This document shows positions 39,750 to 53,149 of a DNA stretch of 64,000 nucleotides, in pieces. How positions within the stretch are numbered: the first letter of the stretch is position 1; each line of letters opens with the position of its first letter. A program made the position numbers and the translations under genes. The DNA is from Octopus vulgaris (taxonomy: Eukaryota): assembly GCA_951406725.2 (NCBI GenBank), contig OX597815.1, positions 77,066,001 through 77,130,000 of the forward strand, read 5' to 3'. The notes under the pieces were generated by a model, which did not search any database, was not told the DNA's origin, and saw only the letters and a program-made list of their open reading frames with translations.

Positions 39750-40680
39750 GCTTCCTCACTCTCCTCCTCTCCTCTCTCTCCCCCTCCCTCCTCCTTCTTC
39801 CTACCCAACTCTCCTCTCTTGCGCCGATTCCTACTTCTCTTCACTGTTACTTCTCTTCACCCTACTCTCTTTCCCTCTGCTCTCTTACTCTCTTTGTCTC
39901 TTCTCTCCTACTCTTTCACCCTCTCTTTCTCTGTTCTCTCTTACTCACTTTCTCTCTTCTCTCCTCCTCTCTCTCCTCCCATACCCACCTTCCCCTCCCC
40001 CATAAGCCCACCCACCCCTACACATTCCTACGCCACCTTCCCTATCCTTCCCATCCCCCATCCTATCCCACACACCCTCCTCCACATACCCCACCTCTAC
40101 CCCCACCCTCTGCCTACCAACAAACCCCAACTCTACCCCAACCCTCAGCCGAACCCACACCCCACCCGTGCATTCCCCATTCTCGCCTCCCCCACTTCTC
40201 AACAACATCACACCACACCACACTACACCATACAACATTACACATCACATCACAACACACCACCCACACACCCATCCCCACATTTTCACACCTACACATA
40301 CATACGCGCACACGTCCAAACCACCAGCCCTCTTTCACACGCACATACATACTCTCTTATACACACACGCACCTTCGTGTTGGGGGTCATCTTTACTTTG
40401 TTATCTCCCCTACTTTCCTTCTCGTGTGTGACTCTTCTGTCCGAGTCAGACGCCATTAAAGATCGTTAGCCACTACACACATTTATTTTCTCTCCTTGTT
40501 TCCCTCCTTGTTTTTTCTGTGTCCCTTTCTGTAGAAAAGCGCAGGCTCCAAACATAAAATACTTTTTTCAATTCCTGAGCGTTACACTAATACATTTGTT
40601 TGTTTTGTACACCACCTGTCTTCGTCTTTCGTTTTTTTTCGTAAACTCTCCCTATATATATATATATATATATATATATT
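39750..40680 (+). mobile_element. Penelope-like family E module: CT/CA-rich low-complexity body, decayed hammerhead, (TA)n end
   Basis: CTTTCTGTAGAAAAGCGCAGGCTCCAAACATAAAA (~40524-40559), then TTCCTGAGCGTT, ending at (TA)n at 40653. Confidence 0.55.
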
Positions 40681-40709
40681 GAAATAATGCACATTAAATC
40701 TTAAAAATA

Positions 40710-41128
40710 GGCGCATGCGTGGTACTGTGGTAAGCAGTTTGCTTCCCAACCACATGGTCCCACGTTCAGTCCCACTGCGTGGCACCTTCGATACGCCCAA
40801 GGCTTTGTGAGTTGATTTGGTTGATGGAAACTGAAAGAAGCCCGTCGCATATGTGTGTGTATGTGTGTGCGTGTTTGTGTGAAGCTCGTCGTTTATATGA
40901 TTGTGCGCCTGTGCGTGAGTATGTGCGTGTGTTAGTTCGTCCCTCACCGCCGCTTAACAACCGGTGTTGGTATGTTTACACCCCCGCGACCCAACGGTTC
41001 GGCCAAAGAAACCGATAGCAGTAACAGGCTTTAAAAAAATAATTACTAGGGTCGATTTGTTCGACTAAAATTCGTCAACGTAGTGCCCGAGCATGGCCGC
41101 AGACTAGTTACTGAAACAAGTAAAAGAT
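40710..41128 (+). mobile_element. SINE family B
   Basis: Head GGCGCATGCGTGGTACTGTGGTAAG, GTTCAGTCCCACTGCGTGGCACC, end GAAACAAGTAAAAGA. Confidence 0.82.
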
Positions 41129-41437
41129 AAATTATAAACGATAAGAAACTTTTCACTTATTTTCTCAGCGTGGAAATATTTCATTTACAGTTATTTTAAA
41201 TTTATTCTTGTCTTTTTATCCACAGAATTTCGACTCGATTATCATTCAAAAATACATTTATCACTATAGATCCTCCATGTCTATCATTATCAAAGAATAA
41301 GCAAGTTTTCAATGTGTCATTTCTAACAAAGACTTTGTCAAATGGTTTTAGGAATCAACATTTCTATATTTAAGTGGTTAAGAGTGCGGGCTACTAACAC
41401 CATGATTCTGAGTTCGATTTTAAGCAGTGACCTGAAC

Positions 41438-41511
<74 letters not shown>

Positions 41512-41533
41512 TAATAATAATAATAATGATAAT

Positions 41534-42087
41534 GCCCTGATGCAGTACTAGACAGTGGCTCTCATGGCTTCTGATCTTAACTGATTGGAAGTGTTATCAT
41601 GTACATTGTTTTGTCTTGGTATAAAAGACGGGCTACAACAAATATTCTGCTCAATACCACAGATTTGCTTGTCAGCTGTTTGACCTTAACCAGTTGAGCA
41701 TGTCCCTTAGTGGCTGACGATATGTGCATCTCTGATCACGAGCAGAAGTAGTGGGGGAGTATCATAGCCATGTGTTGAGAGGGATTCTTTGGGGTTTGGA
41801 TAATTCACCTCTGGAAACATGGGTGTTTCGTTCAAAATCCTTAAACAACCCTTATTTAGGGACCTTTTGAGCGGGATGGACTACTCGACCAGAAGAAAAT
41901 TCTAACTGGGCCCCACCTGCAAGGTCATGTGCTGTTTATCTTGATATGAGATCACCATGTCGCACACGTATGGTTGTGATGCATATGCCTAGAGTACCCT
42001 TATCAAACGGGTAGTCATGATGGGTATACTGGGCTTCGTATATTTTACCCCAGTGTCACTTTGATGGCATGCACTGCTCTCTCACTC
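41534..42087 (+). mobile_element. 554-bp family, copy 4
   Basis: Reverse complement of copies 1-3, lying within (AAT)n. Confidence 0.9.
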
Positions 42088-42163
<76 letters not shown>

Positions 42164-42209
42164 TCGAAAAAACCTTAGGAATGAGAACCCAGGTTCGAAA
42201 TTTCCCCAA

Positions 42210-42255
42210 GACGCCTGAAGAAGGCTGGAGGATATATCAACCGAAACGTTGTGTT
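42210..42255 (+). ncRNA. Minimal type I hammerhead ribozyme
   Basis: Stem I GACGC/GTGTT; CTGAAGA plus an extra A; stem II GGCTG/CAACC (one mismatch); GAAAC-GTT (palindromic AACGTT stem III). Confidence 0.7.
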
Positions 42256-42351
42256 AACTACAAACAAGATGAGGACAAATATCCGTCGAATGTAAATAAT
42301 GTAAATAATGAAATCAACATTGTTAATGCAATATTAATTCTTAATATAAGG

Positions 42352-42562
42352 GTTTCAACTTTTGGCACAAGGCCAAAAGTTTTGGGAAAAGGGGCTAAGT
42401 CAATTAGGTCGACCCAGTGCTCAACTGGTACTTATTTTATCAACCCGAAAGGATGAAAAGGCTAAGTCAATCTCTGCGGAATTTCAACTCAAAATGTAAA
42501 AACGGACGAAATGCCTCGTAGCATTTCGCCCTGGGTGCTAGTGATTCTGCCAGCTCACCACC
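42352..42562 (-). mobile_element. SINE family A
   Basis: CCCGAAAGGATGAAA...TTCTGCCAGCTCACCACC. Confidence 0.75.
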
Positions 42563-42974
42563 CCTAATTCTCAATATAAGGATTACGACAACATTTTTTC
42601 CCCATGGAAACGCTATCAGAAAGATGAAGCTAGATTCTACAAAAAATTTTAAAAACATTCCATGAAAATGAGCAGAAAATGGCAATTGTTTCTTATAGCA
42701 GTGAAATTATTTGAAAATAACAAATAATTCAACTGTTTGAAAAACTTACATAACTGATAGAAGTGAAAGTGTTAGAAGGGGCTGTTGTTTTTGATGTTTT
42801 AGTTTTGTTTTGTGGGTAGAGCTTACGAAGTTGATATGTAACAGTAAAGTAATTGTGTTAAATGGTCTCGCTGTAAGAAACGGGATATTCAGAAGGTTTT
42901 TATCTAACAAGTTTAATCAAAATGGCTGATATAAAGGCAGAGTACTGTTTTCGAGTAAGCTTTATCTTTTCTTC

Positions 42975-43333
42975 TATCTTTTACTTTTTTCCCTCATTAG
43001 ACTGCGGCCATACTGAGGTACTGCTTTAAAGGGTTGAGCCGAAAAATGTATGGCCCTTCTTATTTTTTAAGTTCAGTACTTATTCAATCAGTCACTTTTT
43101 CTGAACTGTTATGTCACGGAGACGTAAATAGACTAGACCCGGTTTTCAAGGGATGGTGGAATACAAACTTAGACGCACACACAGTTTCTGTTTACTAAAT
43201 TCCCTCGCAAAGCATTGCTCGGCTCTTGGCTATAGTTGAAGATACTTTGGCCCAATCTTCCGTGCAGTGGGATTGAACCCGAAACCACATGGTTGCAAAA
43301 CGAGGTTCTTAACCAGACAGCCATGCCTGCGCC
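42975..43333 (-). mobile_element. SINE family B (old)
   Basis: GTGCAGTGGGATTGAACCCGAAACCACATGGTTG...CAGCCATGCCTGCGCC. Confidence 0.7.
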
Positions 43334-44391
43334 TCTACATCAAAGCTAGAATTCCAAGAGATGCTGAATTACATTAATAATAACACCGATATTACGCACA
43401 TACGGATCCCGTACTTCAATCATTAGAGCAAAAAAGACCATCGCGAGGTCAGTGGAGATTGACTGATAGAGTTAGGTAGAGAAAATTAGTCTCAGTGAGA
43501 AATAATATGTCTGGTTTGTAAGTTCATAAGTGGTAGTAAGTGGAACAGTGGCCACCTATGATCGCATAAAGATGAATATTTCTTCAGCAAAAAACATATC
43601 AAGAAAAATATACAAAATTTTTATCCTGAATATAGGTTTGGTCGTGGTAATCAATTTTTATGTAAATGTCACCATCAGTCGCAATTCTCGTGTCTGCGCA
43701 GTAACTGTCATGACTTTTGTTTCCCTAAGAAGCGACGGTAAAATGTCGAATTTAACTACAGTCATTTTACATAATTAAAATATACACCTATATATTCCTA
43801 ACGGCCAACCTGTCCTACTAGTTGACCCATCTTTTTTTCTCTCTCTCTCTCTCTTTTCTCTAACTCCATTCTGTTTCTTCCTTGCTTTCTATTCATTCCG
43901 CTATCTACTTCTCTGAGTTTGCTCCCGTATCTCTCTGTGTCGCTTTCTTTCTTTTGAACCGCAACATATTTGTCTATTTGGTATGTCAGATGTCAATGCA
44001 TCTATCTATGTTTACTCATTAGCTATAAAATTCATAACACTCGATCTGTTTATAATGTTAACGCCAGAAGAACAATGAAGGTGTGCTTTCATACTTAATA
44101 TGTTGTGTTTCTTAGTTCAAATTTCAAGGAGTCGAGATAGATTGCATTTTATCCATTTGAAGTGAGCAAAGCATATTTTAATGTAAATAGTTCGGTTCAT
44201 TCAGCAGTACAGAAAGAAAATTGTACCATAACAAAAAAAAAATCTTAGTCAAAAGCATAAGCTTACATTCACAGAAACACGCACACATACACATGCAAAC
44301 ACGCACGCACACACGCTCGCGCATGCAAGCACACACACAAACACACACACACACACACACAGTGCGAGTTGAGATGTTAGAAGAAAGGAAA

Positions 44392-44435
44392 CATTACATT
44401 AGATAAACTCTCACTAGAGTTTATCTAATGTAATG
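44392..44435. other. Perfect 20-bp inverted repeat with 4-nt loop
   Basis: CATTACATTAGATAAACTCT-CACT-AGAGTTTATCTAATGTAATG. Confidence 0.9.
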
Positions 44436-45250
44436 CATATTCAGAACTGTTTAGAGTATGCTATAAACACTATATTACATATCACATTTCATTGCAGCAA
44501 CAATTACGAAATGATAGAAGAAAGCTTGGAATAAAAACAAATATTCTTTCAGAGTTGAGCAGTTTTAATCTCTTGAATTGTTCTTCGCGAAACATTACAG
44601 AAAAAGTTGAAAACAAGAGCTAAAGAAAAATCATTCACTAGCAGAAATCAAATGATATCAAATACGAAGCATTGTAGATGCCTTAGATTGCATAAATAGA
44701 TAACATCTAGAATTCTGATTTAATGGGTCAGCTTTGAGAAAATTTTACTAATGGCCAAATGGCTTTGCAAACAGTTATAATCTTCTTACTAAAATATATC
44801 AAATTAAATATCTTAATAACTATATATACCAATGTTTGTCATCATACGTAAAAAAAATTCCTTAGTACCTGTTCTTGCAAAACGGATGTGCCTTCTTTAT
44901 AAATTAAGAGTTTATCTTGCGACAGGAACAGAAAAGTTACTGAAACTTCAATAGATGCGAATATCAGCTTCAAACCGTTAGGATGATGCCTGGAAAACGT
45001 TTCTAGAAGACACCGTATTATTATACAATATGGATAAATTATCTTTAAACTTTTCACAAGATACCACATTTTCAAATTGCAAAGGTAAATAAATGAGGAA
45101 CCGGTCACACTTGGTGTATATATCGCTGTCCTATAAAATGATGTTAATAACATAAGACTGAAAGCGTGGCAAAGATTATGTCTTTTTTATATGTAAACAT
45201 CACGGTATATATTTGTATATATGCATATATATTTATATATGTATGTATAA

Positions 45251-45317
<67 letters not shown>

Positions 45318-46134
45318 TAGTACACCGTCTAACTCAGTATCTTCACCACACACACCACTATACAAATACCCATACACATTGTTTAACTCAGTAGTCACAC
45401 CACACACCATTCTGCATACACCTACACATACACTCCAATATTCTTACCATACACACCACAATACGAACAACTCTACACACTGTTCAACTCAGCACACACA
45501 CCACACACCATTATGCATGCTCCCACATACACTCACATGCACATACGTTCGCACACACACACACCATCCAACTCCGCACATACTACCACCCAATGCATGT
45601 CAACCCTTAATTCCTGTCACCCCTACCTCACCTCCCAACCCCTAATTCCCGTCACCCCTATCACACCTCACACCTCTATGCAATTCCCCACAACACACAG
45701 TATTCATTCCAAAATGCACACACAATGCACAGACAATATACACACACACACGCAACACACATAAACACACACAACTTTCGCATTCAGACGTACATAATAC
45801 ACACACACTATAGGGTCACACACATACATACACATGTGCACACATCAACTGCTACACACACAAGCGGCTATACACGCACGAACAAACACAGACACACACA
45901 CAAACACACACATACACACGCGAAAGTCCTCACATTCATATACACATGTACACACACACACGCGAAAGCCTTACATTCATATACACACGTCCATACGCAC
46001 ACACACAAATACATCAAACTCACAACACTTCAAACGCACGCACTATACACAGGCCCATGCGTTTCCATTCACACGCACACACACGCATACACAAGCATAC
46101 ATGATAACCCTATACATTATTACTGTTATTTTTT

Positions 46135-46256
46135 TGTTAACAGTAATAAACAGTTTATGTTTATATTTATAGGTTTTACAGGTTTTGCAGATCTTGTGAG
46201 ATTTATAATAAAAGCCAGTAAAATCTATGCGTACGCAGTCATCTATGTATCGTACT

Positions 46257-46340
<84 letters not shown>

Positions 46341-46532
46341 CGTTGACAGGCAAGAAGGGGTGGTTTCCGTCCGAGATAAATTCTCATATAGGTATAGGTA
46401 GTTTAAAAACGCAATATACATCGGAAAGAGATGAAAAGTCGTCCCAGCTAGCTGTAAACTCTTTCCCTCCGATACATAATATTCTTAACACACCAGGTTT
46501 CTATGACATTTTATTTTAGTTAAAAACCGCAA
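46135..46532. mobile_element. Inverted homolog of the 8765-9140 element with expanded internal (TA)n
   Basis: CACCGTTGACAGGCAAGA...CAGCTAGCTGTAAACT...CACACCAGGTTTCTATGACATTTTATTTTAG matches the reverse complement of 8787-8993. Confidence 0.7.
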
Positions 46533-46916
46533 TATTATATTATTATATTATGATACCATCTACTATGTATTGTGAATGGCGGAATGCACATATTCTTTTA
46601 CTGGTATTATTATTAATAATAATAATAATATTAATAGCCTTTTGTAACGTAATACAATGAATTCTGGACTTTGTATATGTACACTTTCATGTGGATATGT
46701 GTATGTATGTATATTCTAATATATTGATTTGACTAACTGTAATCTTATGTGTATGTATATTATTATGTATATACTTATATATATGTAGGTGCATGTGTAT
46801 ATACACTTATATGTATGTGTATGTATATGTACTTATTCTTGTATATGTGTACCTTCTCTAATATTCATATTTGCAATTTATACCTTCATTTTAGAACTCT
46901 GTAACTGTATTTTATA

Positions 46917-47043
46917 ATCTCTGAAGAGGCCTTGGGATATATATATAAGTATCTCATTAATAACCACATATTACCTTAATACACCTGGCTAATATGAGCA
47001 TAATGAGATACTCTTATCTACATGGCTGAAACAGCTGTAAGAT
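46917..47043 (+). ncRNA. Type I hammerhead ribozyme with ~100-nt extended stem II
   Basis: Stem I ATCT/AGAT; CTGAAGA 46921-46927; stem II GGCC/GGCT with AGTATCTCATTA/TAATGAGATACT and CATATTA/TAATATG; GAAAC-AGCT-GTA. Confidence 0.78.
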
Positions 47044-47448
47044 CCATTTTATATTTATATTTATTTATACGTATTGTACTTATGGTATTATATTACTCAT
47101 TGATGTGTACTGTTTTATTCTGTATTATCATTTTTGATCCGGATATTCCTATATAACTAGTTAATAAATTATATGAATTGGTATTATCTAGTAGTTGATG
47201 ATTGATTAAAATATATTCCTCCATTTTCTTATTTTGTATATATATATATATATATATACTTAGCCTCATGAAGGTATGGCTTCATCCAAAGAAATACTGG
47301 TTCAATACCTAATATTTGGGGGAGAATTATTTCCTTAAAATAATAGCTATGTATATAAAAACCTGTAGTTTATATTCGTATAAAGGAAGAAGAAAATGGA
47401 GATTGTGAGGTTAATAAGAATTCATTGTCAACAACAAATCGAACATTA

Positions 47449-47531
47449 TCCCTTACAGCTGTTTCAATTATACTTAGTGAATTAATTAAATATAGAAGTT
47501 CATATTTCTGAGCATAATGTCTTCAGAGGGA
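47449..47531 (-). ncRNA. Type I hammerhead ribozyme with extended stem II
   Basis: Minus strand: TCCCT-CTGAAGA-C-ATTATGCT...AGTATAAT-T-GAAAC-AGCT-GTA-AGGGA. Confidence 0.75.
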
Positions 47532-48054
47532 AAAAATATACCCTTCGATGTTTTATATGTTTGTTTATGGATTCATTATAGCAGACTGAATGATAATATT
47601 TATGATTTGTATTTTCATGTGTTAGGGCGTGGGATTTGCAGGTTGGTTGGAGGTAAATTAGAGAAGGTAAATAGAATTACAGTGATAAATGAATAAATTT
47701 AAATGAGATAATAGAGGAAATTTCAACATAAATAAGGTAAGGATGCAAAGTACATTTATAAGTGGTAAATAAAGTTGAGAAAATTTGTATATATACAAGT
47801 ACACACGCACGTATAAACACGCACACATGCATTCATCCACGCGTCCATTTATATATACATACAAATACATTCACATATATTTTTACGCACATATATACAT
47901 CCACACGCACACACATATCATCACACATATGTATATACACACTTATGTACATACACGCATATGCGCAAATACATTAATGCGTATGCACATTGACATATAC
48001 ATGTACATAAACATATACATATATATACGCGCACATACATATATAGATATATAT

Positions 48055-48243
<189 letters not shown>

Positions 48244-48266
48244 TACATATACATATAAATACAATA

Positions 48267-48446
48267 GGCGCAGGAGTGGCTGTGTGGTAAGTAGCTTGCT
48301 TACCAACCACATGGTTCTGGGTTCAGTGGCACCTTGGGCAAGTGTCTTCTACAGCCTCGGGCCAACCAAGGCCTTGTGAGTGGATTTGGTAGACGGAAAC
48401 TGAAAGAAGTCCGTCGTGTATGTGTGTATGTGTGTGTGTGTTGTGT

Positions 48447-48480
<34 letters not shown>

Positions 48481-48686
48481 CTGTGTTTGTCCCCCCAGAA
48501 TCGCTTGACCACCAATGCTGGTGTATTCACGTCCCCGTAACTAAGCGGTTCGGCAAAAGATACAGATATAATAAGTACTAGGCTTACAAAGAATAAGTCC
48601 TTGGGTCGATTTGCTCGACTAAAGGCGGTACTCCAGCATGAGCGCAGTCAAATGACTGAAACAAGTAAAAGAGTAAAGAGTAAAAG
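48267..48686 (+). mobile_element. SINE family B
   Basis: Full head and core, internal (TG)n, tail GTAAAAGAGTAAAGAGTAAAAGA. Confidence 0.88.
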
Positions 48687-48939
48687 ACTGCACCTTTACA
48701 CTTTTTAACACATCATCCCTACGAAGGAATTGATACAAATGCATGTTGGTCAGTTAATTCACGATTGGTTAGTGGAATTTTGAATCACTATGTTTACACG
48801 ATAGCGTTTCTAGGGAAGTGAATTTGTGTAGCGGTCTCGTAAATTGTTATGTCTGAATTTACATGTGAAAATGATAAATGTTTACGTGTAAACGAACGCG
48901 TGCAAGCGTACGTAAATTTAATCATAGATTTATACACAT

Positions 48940-50210
<1,271 letters not shown>

Positions 50211-50338
50211 GTATACTAATGATTAATTAATTCCCTATATATATGTGTAAGTGTAAAGAAAAAGAAAGTATATTATTTAGCGTGTGTAAACATTGTTATA
50301 AGGTAGGTAGAAAGCAAATGGTGTTTTATATAAAAAAA

Positions 50339-50565
50339 TTTCTACTCTAGGCACAAGGCCCGAAATGTTTAGGGAGGGAGCTAGTCGATTAGATCGTCCT
50401 CAGTACGCAACTGGTACTTAATTTATCGACCCCGAAAGGATGACAGGCAAAACCGACCTCGGCGGAATTTGAACTCAGAACGTAACGGCAGACGAAATAC
50501 CTATTTCTTTACTACCCACAAGGGGCTAAACACAGAGGGCACAAACAAGGACATACAAACGGATT
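50339..50565 (-). mobile_element. SINE family A (3' part of a dimer)
   Basis: TTCTACTCTAGGCACAAGGCCCGAAA...GGCGGAATTTGAACTCAGAACG...CCCACAAGGGGCTAAACACAG. Confidence 0.8.
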
Positions 50566-51011
50566 ATCTACAGAACGGATATAAAGTCCGACGTTTAAAA
50601 AAATAATAATATATAAATAAATAAACATCATATAATATTATTAAATATATAAGAATCAATGTTGCATACAAAACACAGTGAATTTACGCTTAAAATGATA
50701 AAACATTTAGTAAATTAAAAAATTGGAATAATAAAACATATAAAGGACATATAAAAAGACGTATTAAAATTCCAGAAGAAATACAGAAAAAATACAGAAA
50801 AATTAAAAATACAAAAATAACAAAATTGTTTATCCAAAATTGTTTCGGAGACGCGTCAATTAATATGAGACATTTCATATATTCAAAACTGACACTCTCC
50901 TAATCAGGATGTTTTTTACACACAATACACAATACATGGAAACAAATGTACAATTACATACCAGCTATGTGCGAGAGAACACCAGTAAGAGAAAGCGAGG
51001 GAGAGTCCTAG

Positions 51012-51876
51012 AGAACCACTAAGTTATTTTCACGATCCCCTTTGGCGAACCGCTAAGTTATTTTATCGATTACGTTTGGCGAACCGTTAAGTTATTTTAT
51101 CGATATTCTTTGGCGAACCGCTAGGTTAATTTATCAATCACGTTTGGCGAACCGTTAAGTTATTTTATCGATCTCCATTGACGAACCGCTCAAGTATTTC
51201 ATCGAACACGTTTGGCGAACTGCTAAGTTAATTCATCGTCACCTTTGACGAACCGCTATGTTATTTTATCGATCACGTTTGGAAAAACAGCAAAATAATT
51301 TTCTCGATCTCCTTTGGCGAACCGCTAAGTTTTTTTTTATCGAACTCGTTTGTCGAACCGCTAAGTTATTTTATCGATCACTTTTGGCGAACCGCTGTGT
51401 TATCTTATCGATATCTTTTGGCGAACCGCTAAGTTATTTTATCGGTCTTGTTTGGCGAACCGCAAAGTTATTTTATCGATCTCGTTTGGCGAACAGCTAT
51501 GTTATTATATCGATCACCTTTGGCGAACCGCCAAGTTATTTTATCGATGTAGTTTGGCGAACCTCTAAGCTATTTTATCGATATCGTTTGGCGAACCTCT
51601 AAGTTATTTTATCGATCTCCTTTATTGATCTTGCTTTATTGATTTCGATTGGCGAACCGCTATGTTATTTTATCGATCTCGACTCCCGAATCGCTAAGTT
51701 ATTTTATCGAACACTTTTGGCGAACCACTAAGTTATTTTATCGATCTCCTTTGACGAACCGCTAAGTTTTTTTTATCGAACTCATTTGTCGAACATTTAA
51801 GTTATTTTATCGATCACGTTTGGCGAACCGCTAAGTTATGTTATCAATCTCAATTGGAGAACAACTAAGTTATTTT
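51012..51876. repeat. 34-bp minisatellite, ~25 units, derived from SINE family B
   Basis: Unit TTGGCGAACCGCTAAGTTATTTTATCGATCACGT. Matches the SINE B segment TTATTCTATCGATCTCTTATGCCGAACCGCTAAG (rc of ~13776-13809). Confidence 0.85.
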
Positions 51877-52190
51877 CAGATTGGACACCTTTTGCTCGTT
51901 TTCTATCTAATTTTCAACATGGTGAAGTGGAAGCGGATAAGTAATTTAAGCGCGGAAATCTAATTTTTTATAAATGGGAGAAAGATATATAGAGAAAGAT
52001 AGAGAGTAAGAGAAAGCGAGGGAGAGTCCGAGAGAAAGGAAAAGTAATAGAGTGGGAAAGTGAGAGAGAAAGGAGAAACAAAAAGAGAGAATGTGGCGAT
52101 AAGAAGCAGAAAGGAAGCAACAGAAAGTAACAACCACACCCTCACCCGCGCGTAGAGCGCGTCACCTTAAGCTAGTATATATATATATAT

Positions 52191-52516
52191 CGGAGACCCC
52201 CTTCAGTCACGAATGACCATGGGATTGCACCTAGAAAGTGACCCTCCGAGGCACAAGTCTGGGCAAGATTGTTTATGTTGTTTATGGAAGGCCAGCAGTC
52301 GCCCATGCGTACCAGCCTCCCCTCTCCACGCCACCGATGTTATCCAAGAGAAAGGCAAAGGCCGATACAGCTTCGCACCTGTGACGTCGCAACTCTTTTC
52401 TACAGCTGAGTGAACTGGAGCAAAATGAAATAAAGTGTCTTGCTCAAGAACACAACACGCAGCCCGGTCCAGGATTCGAACTCACAACATCACGGTCGTA
52501 AGTTCGACGCTCTAAC
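52191..52516 (-). mobile_element. SINE family C head with a second tail type
   Basis: Minus strand GTTAGAGCGTCG...GAGTTCGAATCCTGGACCGGG...TGTGTTCTTGAGCAAGACAC...CTCCAGTTCACTCAGCTG, then a tail unlike that of the 22668 copy. Confidence 0.8.
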
Positions 52517-53072
52517 TCACAAAGTATGGGTCAATGTGAAACTGTAGAAAATAATATTTGACCAAGATACCAGCCTGAAGGAATGAACCTGAGATCTTGT
52601 GGCATACAGCTACATTATCTATCTATCTATACATACGTACATATATACATACATATAATGTATATATGTATACATAGATACATATATTCATATATACATA
52701 TATAAATATATATATGCGTTTATGTATGTATGTATGCATACATACATGTATGTATGCATACATACATGTATGTATGTACAGGCAAACAAACAAACGCAGA
52801 CAATTATTCTAATTGCGGTCATGAAACATGCTCATGTTCTACAACATTCCTTACTTAGTATAACTGGGAAATTGATCAGTTTAGCTGACGCCCAATAATG
52901 CTATCAGTATTTGACATTCTCCACCAAACGAGGCCATAAGTGAAATATTTAAAGTATCAAATACAATCTTTCCATTTCAGTTATTCGTTTTGTTTTTTGA
53001 AATAAAGACAAGTGCAGTTTTCGATTCTGTATCTCCCTATTTCATAGTTTTCTTTATTAAACTTTTGACGCT

Positions 53073-53149
<77 letters not shown>

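Larger units (their letters stand above)
41363..42311 (+). mobile_element. tRNA-headed SINE with hammerhead tail, interrupted by the 554-bp element
   Basis: Head AAGTGGTTAAGAGTGCGGGCTACTAAC...GAGTTCGATT; (AAT)n; second B-box-like GGTTCGAAATTTCC; hammerhead 42210-42255; tail (TGTAAATAA)x2. 10-bp direct repeat AATCAACATT at 41353-41362 and 42312-42321. Confidence 0.7.

Noticed and set aside
41534-41700. HDV-like ribozyme at the 5' end of the 554-bp element
   Set aside because: Plausible by analogy with R2/R4, but I could not assemble P1/P1.1/P2/P3 by eye. It needs a descriptor search.
44392-44435. Pre-miRNA
   Set aside because: A 4-nt loop and a perfect 20-bp stem without a basal stem do not fit a canonical Drosha/Dicer substrate.
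51012-51876. CRISPR-like array (conserved ~26 nt plus variable ~8 nt)
   Set aside because: The variable parts are too short and related to each other, there are no cas genes, the context is eukaryotic, and the unit matches a SINE segment.
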